From: Antechinus flavipes | Taxonomy: Eukaryota | DNA length: 64,000 nucleotides | Assembly: GCF_016432865.1 (NCBI RefSeq) | Contig: NC_067398.1 | Location: 307,086,001 to 307,150,000, forward strand | Reading direction: 5' to 3' | Part shown: positions 38,805 through 52,410 of the stretch, piece after piece | Numbering within the stretch: the stretch's first letter is position 1 | How the letters are laid out: every line of letters begins with the position of its first letter | Program-made: the position numbers and the translations under genes | Notes under the pieces: model-generated | Seen by the model: only the letters and a program-made list of their open reading frames with translations | Told to the model about the DNA's origin: nothing | The model's database searches: none

Positions 38805-40473
38805 GAGCCCTCTGCACATGCACCTTTATTAAGTCTTTTGCTTAACAGACATGATCAGCTGAACAATAATCCACATTTATTTAGCTCTATTAGGCAGAGA
38901 AGCAAGAAGTAGTCAGGAAGTCAGGAAGATCTGAAGTTCTGCCTCTTAACATCTGTAGCTGTGTGTTGGTGGGTAAGTCAATTAATCTCTCTGTGCCCTA
39001 AATTACAAACAGGTCTGGTCTGCAAGGGATCTGGTATTTACAGATGAGAAAAGAGAAACATGGAATTAAATAACCTGCTCAAATAGAAGGTGAAGTAAAC
39101 CTTGAACTAGGCCCTTCAACACCTTAGCCAGCGCTCTTTCCATTAATGCTTCATTTTGCCTTGAAGAGGAAGTTGCTGATCTGAAGCATTGGGGAGGATT
39201 CTCAAGCCATTTAGTCACAGTCCAATATAAAACTCTCCATACTAAACCATGATGAGAATCATGATAACACTTTGAACTTTAAAAATAATATGATGTCACA
39301 ATAGAATACAAGCTCTTTGAGGTCAGGGTCTGGTTTATATTTTATCTCTTGTGTCCTGGGAGCCAACCTACTATTTTGCATACGATAGTTTCTTAATCAA
39401 TTTCTGTAGAATTGAATCTGTCTCTTCTAAGAGTTGTCTCTATATAGAATTGAAGCAGTCAAGGTAAGCACAGAAGGGCAAAGTCTTTAAGCTTCCTAAT
39501 TCAGAGGAAGTAGTGACACACTGAAATTAAAATGATCTTTCCTTCCTCCCACCTCTTTTTGGTGTAGGGCACACATAATTGAAACAAACTCCAAAAAGTT
39601 ATAACATGCACCAAAACTCCTAACAAAATGAGAAACCTTAATGACTTCATGCCCTTTAGTTCAGCCAAGTATTGGTTTGCATTTCATTAAATTTGTAAAG
39701 CAAAGCTTGATTTAAAATTCTAAAGCTCCATTTCCATGATCTACATTCGGATCAGCACAGCTATCAGCCAATGTGCAATGAATAGGTTGCACGAATGAAG
39801 TGTCTGAGGTCCTTTCTATTCTTTACTTTGTGAACCTTGGAATCTTTAATGAAAAAATTTCATGGCACATGAATCATTAAGTAGAGAAAAATACTAAAGC
39901 CTGATTACATTATCAAATTCTAAAACTGCACCAGATTCCATGAAACTGCCTCAAAACCCTAGGAATGAATGGCACCACAAAACAAATCTCGTGGTTTTAA
40001 TGTGTAGGAAATCACATCTTCATCTACTGCTCGTCTTCCAAAGAAGATAAACGATGTACTCAGCTTTTCCTGTCCATATCCCCAGTTTTCAACTCTGATA
40101 TCTCTAATTCTAGATCTTCAATGACATGCATGCCATTTCTGCTTCAATGATCTGCCAGTTCTACAAATTTAACACACTTAAAACAGCATTCATCCCCCCC
40201 CCTCAGCCCCAAGTCTGCAATATTTTTCTGATTTCTCCATCAATGTCAAATCCATCTTACTTAAGTACATAGACTTATAAGCCTGGGATCATTTTTAACA
40301 TCCTCTTCTAAGCATGTCATCAGGTTCTGATGATTTTTTTATCGCCTCTAATTTATTCCTTTCTCTTCAATTCTATGTCCACATTGAGCAAGATCACTAT
40401 TATGATCTTATTTTTATCCAAATGCAATCATCTAAGTTATTCTTGTTTCTGACTTTTCTCTATTCGACCTATA

Positions 40474-40710
40474 GGACAGCTAGGTGATTCAGTGAAGCCT
40501 GGAATCAATAAGATCTGAGTTCAAATCTAGCATATGACACTGACACCCAGCTGTGTGACCCTGAGCAAATTGTTTTCCCTGTTTGTCCTGATTTCTTTGT
40601 TTTCAAAATGAACTGGGAAAAGACATGGCAAATTACTTCAGTATCTTTGCCAAGAAAACCCCAAATGAGTTTTTAAAGAGTCATATATGACTGAAATGAC
40701 TAAACAAAAA
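40474..40710 (+). mobile_element. MAR1-type SINE
   Basis: 'ggacagctaggtgattcagtg...atggcaaattacttcagtatctttgccaagaaaaccccaaatg'. Confidence 0.85.
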
Positions 40711-40894
40711 CATCTATTCAACCTGAAGAAATTAGAAGAGTTGTCCTTGGGCAACAATTTCATTCAGCATCCCTTCTGTTCTGGCAAGCACAGAGACTCT
40801 CCATGCTCTCCTATAAAATGAAAGTGCCCCAACCTTGTTGTCTGTTTTTTTTTTTTTTTTTAATGTTCTAATTGCACCCAATACCACTCATTTA

Positions 40895-41140
40895 TCAACA
40901 TCATGCAGCAGGATGTTGGTAAATATTTAACAGCCAGCACTCAAGGAAACAAATATAAATACTTACAATACCATTTTAGGTTTAATCAGTATTTTTAACA
41001 ATTTTTCCATTACCTTCTTAAGTCTAGACAAATAACAAAACCATAATTCAAGTCTTGATATGGACTATTTGCTGATTTCCAAGGTGAAAATACTCATACC
41101 AAAAAAATGAGCAGTTTTGCAAGACCATACACTATGATCA
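40895..41140. mobile_element. Degraded hAT-type non-autonomous DNA transposon (MER63/Blackjack-like)
   Basis: 'gttggtaaatatttaacagccagc' and 'tttgctgatttccaaggtgaaaatactcatacc' resemble that family; intact TIRs not seen. Confidence 0.45.
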
Positions 41141-42999
41141 AGTTAATCAGGTTGCCATTTTCGAACTCGTTATTGTTATCTCTATTCTTGAGCATGTAGA
41201 TCCCTCTATTTCCTGTGGAATGCCTAATCTAAATCCTCTCTGAAAGTCCACATTTCTAACCTGCAATAAAAATGTTTCAAAACTTCCCTTCTCCAAGCAG
41301 CCTTCCCTGATCAGTTTCACTTAGAAGTTAATAATTCCTTGACTTTGTTTCTAATTAGCACTTAAGCCTTCAGTGGGTATAGTGTTTTGTGGATTTTAAA
41401 CCATTATATGTTTTAGCTTTTACAACTCTCTCTTGCTTAATATCTTTATTAGTGACTTGGATAAAAGGCACCAATGTCACATTATGGATGCCACAAAATT
41501 GAAAGTGATATCTTAAACATCAAATACTATAATTGAGATCCAAAATTATCTTCAAAGTTGATATTCCACAAGATCATAGATTCAGAGCTTAGAAGTAAAA
41601 AAGTCCAATTTCTTCATTTTCAGATAAGGAAACTGAAGACTAGAAATTTTAAGTGATCTGTGACTTGCCCAGAGTCACAGGGATAGTAAGTGTCTGAGGC
41701 AGGCTATAAATCTAGGTTTTTCTGCATGCATGGTGAATGCTTTATGGACTCTTCTTATTATAAATATAGGAAATTAAATCACTGTAAATAAATAACCCCA
41801 ATCTGCAAAATAAGGAAGATCAAACTATATGCTCTCTAGTGTATCTCTTCCAAAGAGGAGAATGGAATAAGTATTGATAAAGTACCCACTATTTGTCAGG
41901 TATTGCTCATTCTTGGATTGGATTGCACAAAAATTATATTGAAAAAATATGTATTTTTTTCCGTTCACATTTGGTGATCCTAATAAATGTGTCTATAGCT
42001 CAGTTTATGAACCTGGGCTCTACAGTACCTTGAATGAAAGTTTTTTAAAATAAAAAAAAAAAAAACATTGAAATCTTAAATTCCTTGTTGGGTCATTTAC
42101 TATCTGCATGTCTTTGAACTATGTGTACTATCTGTGTGATCCCTACTTCATTTGGTCCTTAGTTTCCCTATCTATTCAGTAAAAGAAGGTGGTTGATCTA
42201 GATGACCTTCTAAGATCCTTGCAAGTTCAAAATCTATAATCCTATGAGTATTCTACACACAAAAGGTGCTTAGTAAATAAGTGATTTTGGCTGACTAATG
42301 GATCTGCATTCTTATTTGCTATTTAGCATCTAATTCAGAAGATGGCTGTGGCCTTGTTATAATTTAGAGTAGGCAGATGTTTGTTTGACATCTGTGTACC
42401 CATACACCCTATATAGCACTAATGTCTCAGAAGCAGCAGGCTATGACTAGAAGCTCTGGAATGAAAGATATAGGATTTCAACTTAGTTAGCTGCTCTAGG
42501 TCAAGGTTGAAACAGACACCAAACCCAAAACTAAATGAAAAAAAAAAGAAGATTGTCATAGGGTCATTTACTACATCATCCATAGAATTTTATCAAAGTA
42601 AAGTTTCTACTTTATTATTCCATCAAGCTCCACTGAGCTGGTCACCTTCATGTATTTAGGTCACCCAGAAGTATAGGATTTGGACAGCTCCCACATTACT
42701 TGTGGAAAGGGCTTGGGAGGGGCCATTATGAAAAAAAAGTTTTCACTGTCTGATATTTCACTGGTTTCTAAAAGGGCTGTTGCTTCTCAGAACACAGTAA
42801 AGGTGGAAGAAAAGACATCTAGCTATGGTTGAAAAATAAACCAACCTTCTAGATAAGAGACAGAATTTTGTCAATAGTATAGTTCAGAATAAACCCTTAT
42901 AAAGATAAGATAAATACATTTCCAAGGTATATGACTCTCCTTATTTCACAGGTTCATAGGTAATATACTCTCTTGAATGTATGAGGCATAATGCTGCCA

Positions 43000-44200
43000 G
43001 AATTCCATAAAGCATAGATTGACCATGTCACCCTCCTGCTCAATAAAATCTAATGATTCCTCATTACCCTAGGACCAAATAGAAATTTCTTTCTTGCTCA
43101 CTCCACCTTTCTGATCTTATTAAATATTATCCCTTTATGTACTTTCTATAGTCCTAGCCTACTGACTTTCTTCCTATGCCTCACACAAAATATGCCAACT
43201 CTTGCTTACATGCCTTTACATAGATTAGCACCCTTCAAAGGAAAGTCTTGCTTATTTCTCCTAGATGCTACCACCTTACCCCAAAAATGATTTCATACAA
43301 TTTGAATATACTTTTACATATATATGTTTTGTCTCTTCACAAAGAAGACAAGGACTGTATCATATATGCCTCCAAATCCTGACATAGCACATAGCAAAAA
43401 ACTTAAGAAATGCTTACTGATTGATTCTATATATATTATTTCATTTGGTACTCATGAAAACCTTATAACTTAACCCTGATTTGCCTTAGTCTCTTCAACT
43501 GTAAAATAGTCAATAACAATATATCTTTTAGGGTCGTTGCATGGATACAGTGAGATCATATTCATAATGAACCAGTCAGTGTCTGGCATATATTATTCAC
43601 TATGTAAGTGCTTATTCCTATCTCCCTTTCCTTTGTCCGGGAGATGTTATTACTTTAAGACAATGGAGACTATAATAAACCCATTTTGTTGAGAATAGTA
43701 GCCCCAAATTCCAAGCTACGAAACTTCTTCTACATGATGAACATTTGTATATAGGCATTTCTCTCAGATTCTACCTGTCCCAAACTGAGTTTAGCATATT
43801 TTGTCCTCCATCATCTAACCCAATCTCGAGTGTATTCTCCTGTCCCATCTAACCCCAGTCCATCTAGCACATTAATGTATGAATAATCTAAGATCCTGTT
43901 GTTATTTCATTTTCTATTTCAGAAACATTAAATTGGCTGCTTTTAAAAATTCAAATTATTTAATCTAGTTTCCAAAGGCTCAATACAATCTTATCCCAAC
44001 TTGTCTTTTTCATCTTCTCTCCTATAACTTTATAATAAGTCTTGTCTGCTCCAGCCTATTTGGCTTCCCTGTTACCCATCCAAGAAATTCTATGTATTCC
44101 TGTCTTCACATATTTGCTTTTAATTGTATTCATTCTTCAAGACCTTAGTATGACCTCTTCCTTCAACATGTATTATCTAACTACTTCAATATTCAAAGTA
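43000..44200 (-). mobile_element. Cluster of L2 fragments with an intervening MIR
   Basis: 'accatgtcaccctcctgctcaataaaatctaatgattcctcattaccctagg' and 'ctacctgtcccaaactgagttt' L2 motifs. Confidence 0.65.
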
Positions 44201-47200
44201 TTACTTTTAAACAAACAGGGACTTTTCCCCCCTTTGTTTTCATATTTCAGGAACATAGATAAACAAAATTATGTTTAATAAAAGTTTGTAAAATTTGATT
44301 ATTGTCTCCAGGTCTCCAAGGACATTTAATCACATCACTAGTCTTATCATCTTTCTTGTTTTAATTTTTCATGTGTGTTTATCTTTTCTCTCCAAGTCAA
44401 CATTTGAATAGATAATTAACCAAATACAAGTGAAACAATTTGAACAATTTTATCTTAGATATATTTGAAATGATGCAGCAATTAATATCTGTAGTGGAAA
44501 TGAAATAAAAAGTGATTGATTTTATTACATAATTCGAACATAGGGTCAAGATGATGGGTTTGCTCCCCATGTAGGTTCAGTTAGTTTTATTTGAATTTAC
44601 AGTCACATTGGCTTTATGACTCAAATAAAAGTCTCTGGTCATTAAGAAGTAAGTATGTGGAAATATGGATGATCAAAATCATCACTACTGTAAGGAAAAC
44701 TTTTACATACAAGCCTTGTGAAGTGCTCAGCATCCTTCCAAAGGGCAGCAGCAGCATGATTATTACATAAGGGAAGGGAGAAGTGAAAACCATTTATATG
44801 GCATCTATTATGTACCAATACTGGGCTAAATACTTAATAATATCTCATTTGATCTTCACAACAACCCAGTGAGGAAGATGCTTTTGTTATATCCAAGGTT
44901 ACAGTTGAAGAAACTAAAACAAAAAGAGGGTAAGTGAAGTGCTAGAAAGTGACAAAATCTGGATTTGAACACGGGTCTTTCTAAATCCAAGCCTGTTGTC
45001 TATCCACTGTTGAACCTAGTTTCCATAAAGGACACCAATTTACTTTAATTTAAACATTTACTAGGTCCTCTGTTTGGTGCTCTAAGGCATATAGAAATGA
45101 GTTCACAGACAATCTCCACCCTCTAGATCCTATCTAAAAGCATCCAACCAATGTTAATTATTTGAAAAGGGAATTAGTTGTTGGAGAGTGAAGACATAAT
45201 GGGGAAATGGGGAAATAATTATAACAGGAGGCAAAAAGAGGTAAATGTATTAAAAGATGTAAAGTAGAAAAAGCTTACTTTTGGCTGGGAGACAGGTTAG
45301 AAATGTCATGAAACATTTCTGGAATTGGCATTTAAACTGGGGTTGGCAGTGTGCACAGTAGTTTAAAAAGCAGAGAAAGGACAGAAAGACATTTTCTCCA
45401 GCAGAGTTTAAGGAATTTTTGGTAAATGATGAGTTGTCCGATTTGGATGGAGTTCAAGGTAAGTAAAGGAAATAGATCATAGTTGAATCCATGATTCTGG
45501 GTTCTCTTCCTACAAGCACTATCAATCTGTTTGTAAATTAAGATTATAGCTTTCCACAAATACTCTTGGGAGGAAATGAGAGTGGCATGAAAAACTAACC
45601 ATTTTTAAGGTTCAAGAAAACAAATAATGTTGTCAGAGAGGACTTGGGAATATATCATTTCCACTTCAGGAGGAAAGGTGGAGTCATGGCAAAAGCACAT
45701 GAATACTCCAAGGATGGATATCTTGCCTTTTTAATTTTTTTTATTTTTTGGCTTTCATTGCTTTTATATCTTCAGATGCCTCCCTCATTTCAGGGCTCTC
45801 CAAGCTAACAATATAATCCTGACTTCAACTCAGCTGCATCTTTCTATTATTTCTTTACTCAGAAAAAAGAAGATAAGCACTTTTTAAATGAAAAAAAATT
45901 CACATAGATGAAGCATATACATATGCAGATATACAAATATATATAGACACTATGACATATAAATGTCTATGTATGTACAGTATGTATAAATATGGTGTGT
46001 ATATATGTGTATGCATACATATGTTCATGCATATACAAAAATACACATATGAATGTGTGTATGTATACCCATATATACATACATCTCAAAGAGGATGGTG
46101 ACTTGCATTGGTATAGAGAGTTTTCTTACCTGAGATTTCCCTGTACTAATAATAAAAACTCAGGTTCAATTTCCAACTCTATCAATTTATTTGTATATTT
46201 GGCTTCAGATGCTTAATCAAAAACATCTATCCAGGATGTTATAAATTATGAAAAATTTAATCTCAATATAACATATAATATGAGAGTATAATGGGCAGGG
46301 CAGATCTTGACCAAAGTTACATAGCTAATAAGAATTAGGTAGGATTTGAATCCATGTGTGTTTTTCTGACCCTGAGCCCAGCACTGTATGTCTATATTAT
46401 TATTATTATTTTATATTATATTTTATATAATTTATATAATATTAATATTTTTCTATTTATAAGTAATCTGCAATAAATGAGAGAGATTTCATGTGATTGC
46501 TTCAGTTCCATGACATTCTTTATCAGTGTTGTTTACTTTAAAATTAGACAGTTACGGTATTTACTTTAATAGCAGAAATGTTGGTTTCCAGTTCTTCTTT
46601 CAGCAAGTCAGTCCTTTGAAGGTTCCAGAAGAGAACTGGAAAAGTGAGATTGCTATAATCTCAGTTTAACTTTTAAAGGAATCTACATTAAGCCACTTCC
46701 CCCTGCATAGTAAACTATCTCCTTGCACTATTTCAGATGACTGATGCTCCAGTTCCTGACTGTTACCTTCTATCCTATATCTCCATTTATTCTTTTTTCA
46801 GTTTTGGCTGTTGATTCCCATTGTTCAGATATGACACTTACCTCTCTGCCTTACTCCTGCTTACTATCATAATATTGGCTTCCCAGCTCCCTTCTCCAAT
46901 CCTGGACTTTCCCAATCATTACCCAGTTCTGTCTTTAGCCAGCTGAAGTCAGCTACTGGTCTTTTACTGAGATAAGCACAGAGATGAATATATTTATTTT
47001 AAATAAAAAGGACATAGTAAAGATAATTTATATTGGTTCAACTCTATTTATGGTTATTGCATGTAGGATGCCAAAAGTCAAAAATATCTAGCCAGGATAT
47101 TTTAAATTATATAACATTTATTCTGAATATCATGTATAATAGAATATCCATTCAGAACACAACAATTACAGGCACCTTCACCCATGAGAAAAGTTGACAT

Positions 47201-47271
47201 CACACTTCTCAATATAGTGCTGATGTGGACAAAAGTACCAGGATGAGACTTGACATATGTCATTGTACTTC

Positions 47272-47411
47272 NNNNNNNNNNNNNNNNNNNNNNNNNNNNN
47301 NNNNNNNNNNNNNNNNNNNNNNNNNNNNNNNNNNNNNNNNNNNNNNNNNNNNNNNNNNNNNNNNNNNNNNNNNNNNNNNNNNNNNNNNNNNNNNNNNNNN
47401 NNNNNNNNNNN
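47272..47411. other. Assembly gap (140 N)
   Basis: Run of n. Confidence 1.
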
Positions 47412-47692
47412 GACAGAAGACTGAATGAGCTTTTCATTATGCTTTTAATAGGCTTATTGGGTTATTTCCTATTAAAAGGTCCTTGAGGGGAATGTGTCGA
47501 ATCTCTGTATAAAAAAAAAAAAAAAGAGCTAAAGAAGCAACCCAAATGTTTCCTTAAATTTGCAACCAAGGAGACAAGACAGGACACTCTTTTTTGGATG
47601 GTGACACTATACCTAGTGATCAGAGGATCATAGATACAGAGTTGGAAGAAATCTTAGATACTATTTCATTTAACCTTCTTTATTCTGCAGTT

Positions 47693-47933
47693 GACATCCA
47701 GGTGGTGCAGTGGATGGAATGCCAGGCCTGGAGTAAGAAAATCTGAGTTCAAATGCAACTTCAAACACTTACTAGCTGTGTGACCCTGAGGAAATCACTT
47801 AATACCTGTTTTCCTCAGCTTCCTCATCTGCAAAATGAGGGGAGAAGGAAATGGCAAACTATTTCAGTATCTTTGCCATACCCCAAAGAGGGTCATAAAA
47901 AAGCAGAAAGGAGTAAAAACAACTGAACAACAA
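47693..47933 (+). mobile_element. MAR1-type SINE
   Basis: 'ggtggtgcagtggatggaatgccaggcctgg...gagaaggaaatggcaaactatttcagtatctttgcca'. Confidence 0.85.
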
Positions 47934-49647
47934 ATTCTGTAGTTGGAAAAATGAAGGTTCAGGTCCTATATGACTTGCTCAAGGCAATAAAAGTGTCAAA
48001 GGTGGAATTGGAATCCAGGTCCTCTGCCTTAAGAGCCAGAGCTCTTTCTACAGTTTCTACTGTCCCATCAATAGGTACCCACAAAGAAAATGAAATATGT
48101 TTTTGAAACAAGTCATCCATTATACCTATTCTACTTCATTCTGGTTATTGTGTATTATAGTTTCTAAATACATTAAAGAAAGATGTTCTTTACAACTTGT
48201 TCAAATTAAAATAAAGTAGATGTTGGCAGTTCTTTCAGTGACATTTTCCCTCAAAAAAAAAAAATTTCTCAAGAGTTCCAAAAGTACCTTATTTGTTCTT
48301 CTACCACAAAGATACCTTGAATAACTTTTGTGAATGTACAGAACATACAAGATTCATGGACTGTTTGAAATGATTATTAGCTTATGAGGACAAGAATCCT
48401 TGCTCTGAAATAATGAGGCCTCTGCTAAACACAAAGGAGAAGCAAGGTGAGCCTGGAAGAGGAAAAATCCATCCTGAGAGGATGGCCTTCATTGACTTAG
48501 CACAATCAACTTTACCTGAGGTAATGTCATACTTACAGGATTGTGATTTGGTCATACAATATTTCAGACCCTCAATCTAATTTATAAACATAATGGATGT
48601 TAAGAACAAAATACTTTTTCCCTGCTGTTACATAAACCCATCTTTAACTACTAAGAAAATGTTTTCATTACAACATTCTTATACTATAAACTCAACTGCA
48701 TCCATGGCAACACACAGTTCAACTTCTCAATGCAGACAATGCCAGTTTCTTTCAAGCACATTCGATTTCTATCTGGCATTGGTAAATAAAATTAAAAATG
48801 CGAAAAAATCTCTCCAGGCTGAATGTTTTTTGGACATTAAATAAAGTCTCATGCATTCTGATAAGCTGTAACTCACACCCGCTACTGAGGAGAAGTAGGG
48901 GTATTTTTTGGGGGAGGAGCGGGGCAGAAGGGAACACAGTCTTTATTGCTTGAGTATTATACCAAAATGAATATCTGCCAATCGAATTGGCTAAAAGAGG
49001 ATATTTTACTTGAGTACACATAAATATATATTGATGGCAAAGACATACTGAAGAGACACACTTGGAAATGACCCAAGAATACACTGGAAAAAGCCCTAGC
49101 ATTTCAGTCTCTAGAATACTGGGTGTGAATCCTTGCTTTGCCATGAATTTTCTAAGTGACCATGGAGAAATAACAACCTCTCTGAGCCGAAGTTTTTTTA
49201 TCTATAAAATGAGAGTATTTGACAAAATGACTTCTCAGATCCCTTTCAGAGCTGTAGCTAGGATCTTAGGATGGTCTGGGTTTAACTTCTACCATAGACG
49301 CTTCCTAGCTATATGATCTTAAGCAAATCATTTAGATTTTTTCAGTTTCAGGTTTCATTATCCACAAAATGGGGATGATAATAGCACCCACTTTCCAGTG
49401 TTACTGTGAGGAATAAAAGAGAGCAGAATACTTTAAAAATGTGAATTTTTCTAGAAATGTCAGCTGCTTTTATCACAGATATATAAAAATCAATTGATCA
49501 TTAGGAATTTGAGAGAAAGGGGAGGAAAGGGATTAACAGATAATCATTTAAATAGCACAAACTATGGAGCAATTTGACAACAGCTGAAAAACTAAAGGTG
49601 AGCCTTTGATACATCTAAAGGCTTAGCAAAAGTGCTATATCCTTGGG

Positions 49648-49847
49648 GCACCTTGGTGATGTAGTAGATAGAGCACTGACTTCAGAGTAAAAAGAACTTG
49701 AGTTCAAATATATATAGCCTCAGATACATACTAGCTTTATAACTCTGAGCAAATAATTTAATTCCCATTGCTTCCCCCCTCAAAAAAAACAAAAACAAAA
49801 ACAAAAACAAAAACAAAAACAAACAAACAAACAAAAAAAAAAAAACC
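49648..49847 (+). mobile_element. WSINE1-like SINE with (AAAAAC)n tail
   Basis: tRNA-like head, short CORE, then an aaaaac/aaac tail. Confidence 0.75.
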
Positions 49848-52079
49848 TTACATCCCCACCAAATATTGGGATATTTAAAGAAAATGAGAGAACTAAAGCA
49901 TTTTATGAAATTTGTTTCTTAAAGTAATGTTTTTGTTTGTTTTTCCAGACCTGTAATCTCATCTAGGAAAGGCAGTCTACATTAGACAAACTAGCCATTC
50001 TTTTGGAGTTTATTGCCTTAGAGTGTTGCCTGATGTACTGACAGCCTGAATTATTCACCTAGAGTCACACAGCTCCAAATCTGACTAGCTCTGTGACCCT
50101 GGGCAATTCACTTAATCCTGTTTGTTTCAGTCCCTCTGTAAAAGTGAGTGGAAGAAGGAAATAGCAAACCATTCCAAGTAGCTTTACCAAGAAAACCTGC
50201 AAAGGGATAATTAGAAGTCTGAAATGACTCAACAACAAAATGTGCCAGACACTGTGCTGGTTGTTAGAAAATACCTTTGTGTCCTGAGACCACATCTCCT
50301 CTTCTGATTCTTTACTCACAAGCCCTAGTTCAATCCTCAGCTTCCACTAAAACAAGAGGATTGAGTTGAAAAAGCCATTAAAGGTCATCTGCTTCAATAC
50401 CTTTATTTTATAAATGAGGAAATTGAGGCCTTTGAAAGGTTACATGGTCCAAAGTGATAAAAGTCATGGTCAGGATGCTGAGGGATTTTAATAACACAAC
50501 CCTGAACAATAATACTTTCCATCAGGTTATTGATACTGACCTTCAATCAAGAACTTGAGTGCTCCCCCTTTTAAGTTACTAATTCCCATGGGCTAGGCAG
50601 TTACCTCTAGTGAGCTAATAGCCCTTTTGAAGTAGAGCTGACTGGGCTAATAGGGATATTCTCAGTTGGTAGGTTGCTAATGGTCTAAAGTGAGGATGGC
50701 ACTCAATTCTACAGAGAGTGCAAAGTATTCTTTTTACTACTGTACATGTCACTTTAATTCAAATATGTCTTACCTAATTGTTAAGCAGTAACAAAATCAG
50801 TATGCATTTGCTGAAGCACATTAAAAAAAATAATCACATATTGATTTGATTTGTGAAGGTACCTGGGTAGAAGGGATATGACAGATTAGTGTCTTTAAAA
50901 TGTCTTGGATCATAAGCAAACCAAAAAGCAAGTTGGGGCTACCAACTGTGGAGGGGCACTAATTAACAACTCAATTAAAAAAGGCAAATTAAACTTTCTG
51001 GTTCGTTATCCTTCACTGCTTAGTAAATTGTTTTGCTAGGCAAATGATTAAAAATGATCATTTCAGAAAGCTGAAATAGCTTCCAAGAAACATAACTATT
51101 TTTCAAAATTATACAAAAGACTTCACTGTAAAATAACCTTACTTGATTAAAAAGAACAGCTCTTATGTGTGTCTTCTCAGTGGAAAACTGACAGTAGGAC
51201 TGTGAATATACAATGTGTTTGATGTTTCTTTTTGGTATGTGTATGAATTTTGAATAGAAACATTCCCATTTGAATAAGACACATGATACTTTGCCTTGGT
51301 TTCCTTGGATTTGTGATCCACCAGAGATTTCCCGCTTTTGAATTTGGAAATATTTGTTTAATTTATATAAAATTCATTTGAAACAAAATCAGAATATTAC
51401 TAACATTTATTTGATCACCAGTATATTATTGATATTCATATTTGCAATTATATGATTAATATGAATTTATCATATTTCCAATATAATTTCCATGGACTCT
51501 CAAAGATGATACAAACATACATGATAACAAGTTTGAGAAAATGTTCTCACGGCAGTTGTATATACATTCAAGAATGAAATCCATAAAAGCTTCCTTCAGA
51601 TTTTCTGAATTATCCATGTTTAAACAATCTTCTTTTTAATCAACATTTTTAAAATGTAAAAGACATGTAAAGATTAATTTTGAGCCAGTGTTCATTTGAT
51701 TTTATTTCTACATTTCACTGGCCTTCATTGCTTTTACCTCACCATCTAAGCTTTCAAAAGTCAAATTTAAAGAAGAAAACAATCACCGTCTCCTCCCCAT
51801 AAATAGATGAAGTTTCAAGGCCTACTAGTTCCTCTAAACTGATATACATCTCATTTATTTACTACAGTAAAAACTAGAGAGCAGTCATTCAGGGAAAGCT
51901 TACAATGTAGATAAAACTATCCCTAATTTAGAATACTCATTTAGCAATTCAAAATATCCTATTTGCCAATACAAATAAAATTCAGTTAACCATTTGGAGC
52001 CATTTCAGAATCTTCAATAACTTTTCGTTTGTTTACTTGGTGTTATTAATAATTTAATAAATTATTATCATTTCCCCGA

Positions 52080-52410
52080 AAACTGCCCACCCCACAATGA
52101 AATTTCCCCTGTTACAAACAAATATAGTGATATGTATAATATACTGACATAATGGCCATTTTTGACAGCATATGCCTTATTCTGTGCCTTTTGTATACTA
52201 TCTCTAACTAAAGAAAAGAGATAAATGTTATCAGTCGATAGATTTTACTAGTCAAAACTGGTTTCTGCACTTTTGGGGTGCCTTTTGATATTTTTTCCTT
52301 ACAATGCTATTCATTCAGTGTATCTTTTTCTTATTTATGCTTCTTTCACTCTGCATTAGTTCAAACAAGTCTTTTTATGTTCTCTCAATTCATTATATTT
52401 ATTACTTCAT
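52080..52410 (-). mobile_element. Old L1 3' end
   Basis: 'ttctttcactctgcattagttcaaacaagtcttttta' antisense L1 3' motif. Confidence 0.55.

Noticed and set aside
46108-46150. Apparent 11-nt minus-strand microexon
   Set aside because: Lies inside a MdoRep1-like SINE remnant whose consensus supplies these signals
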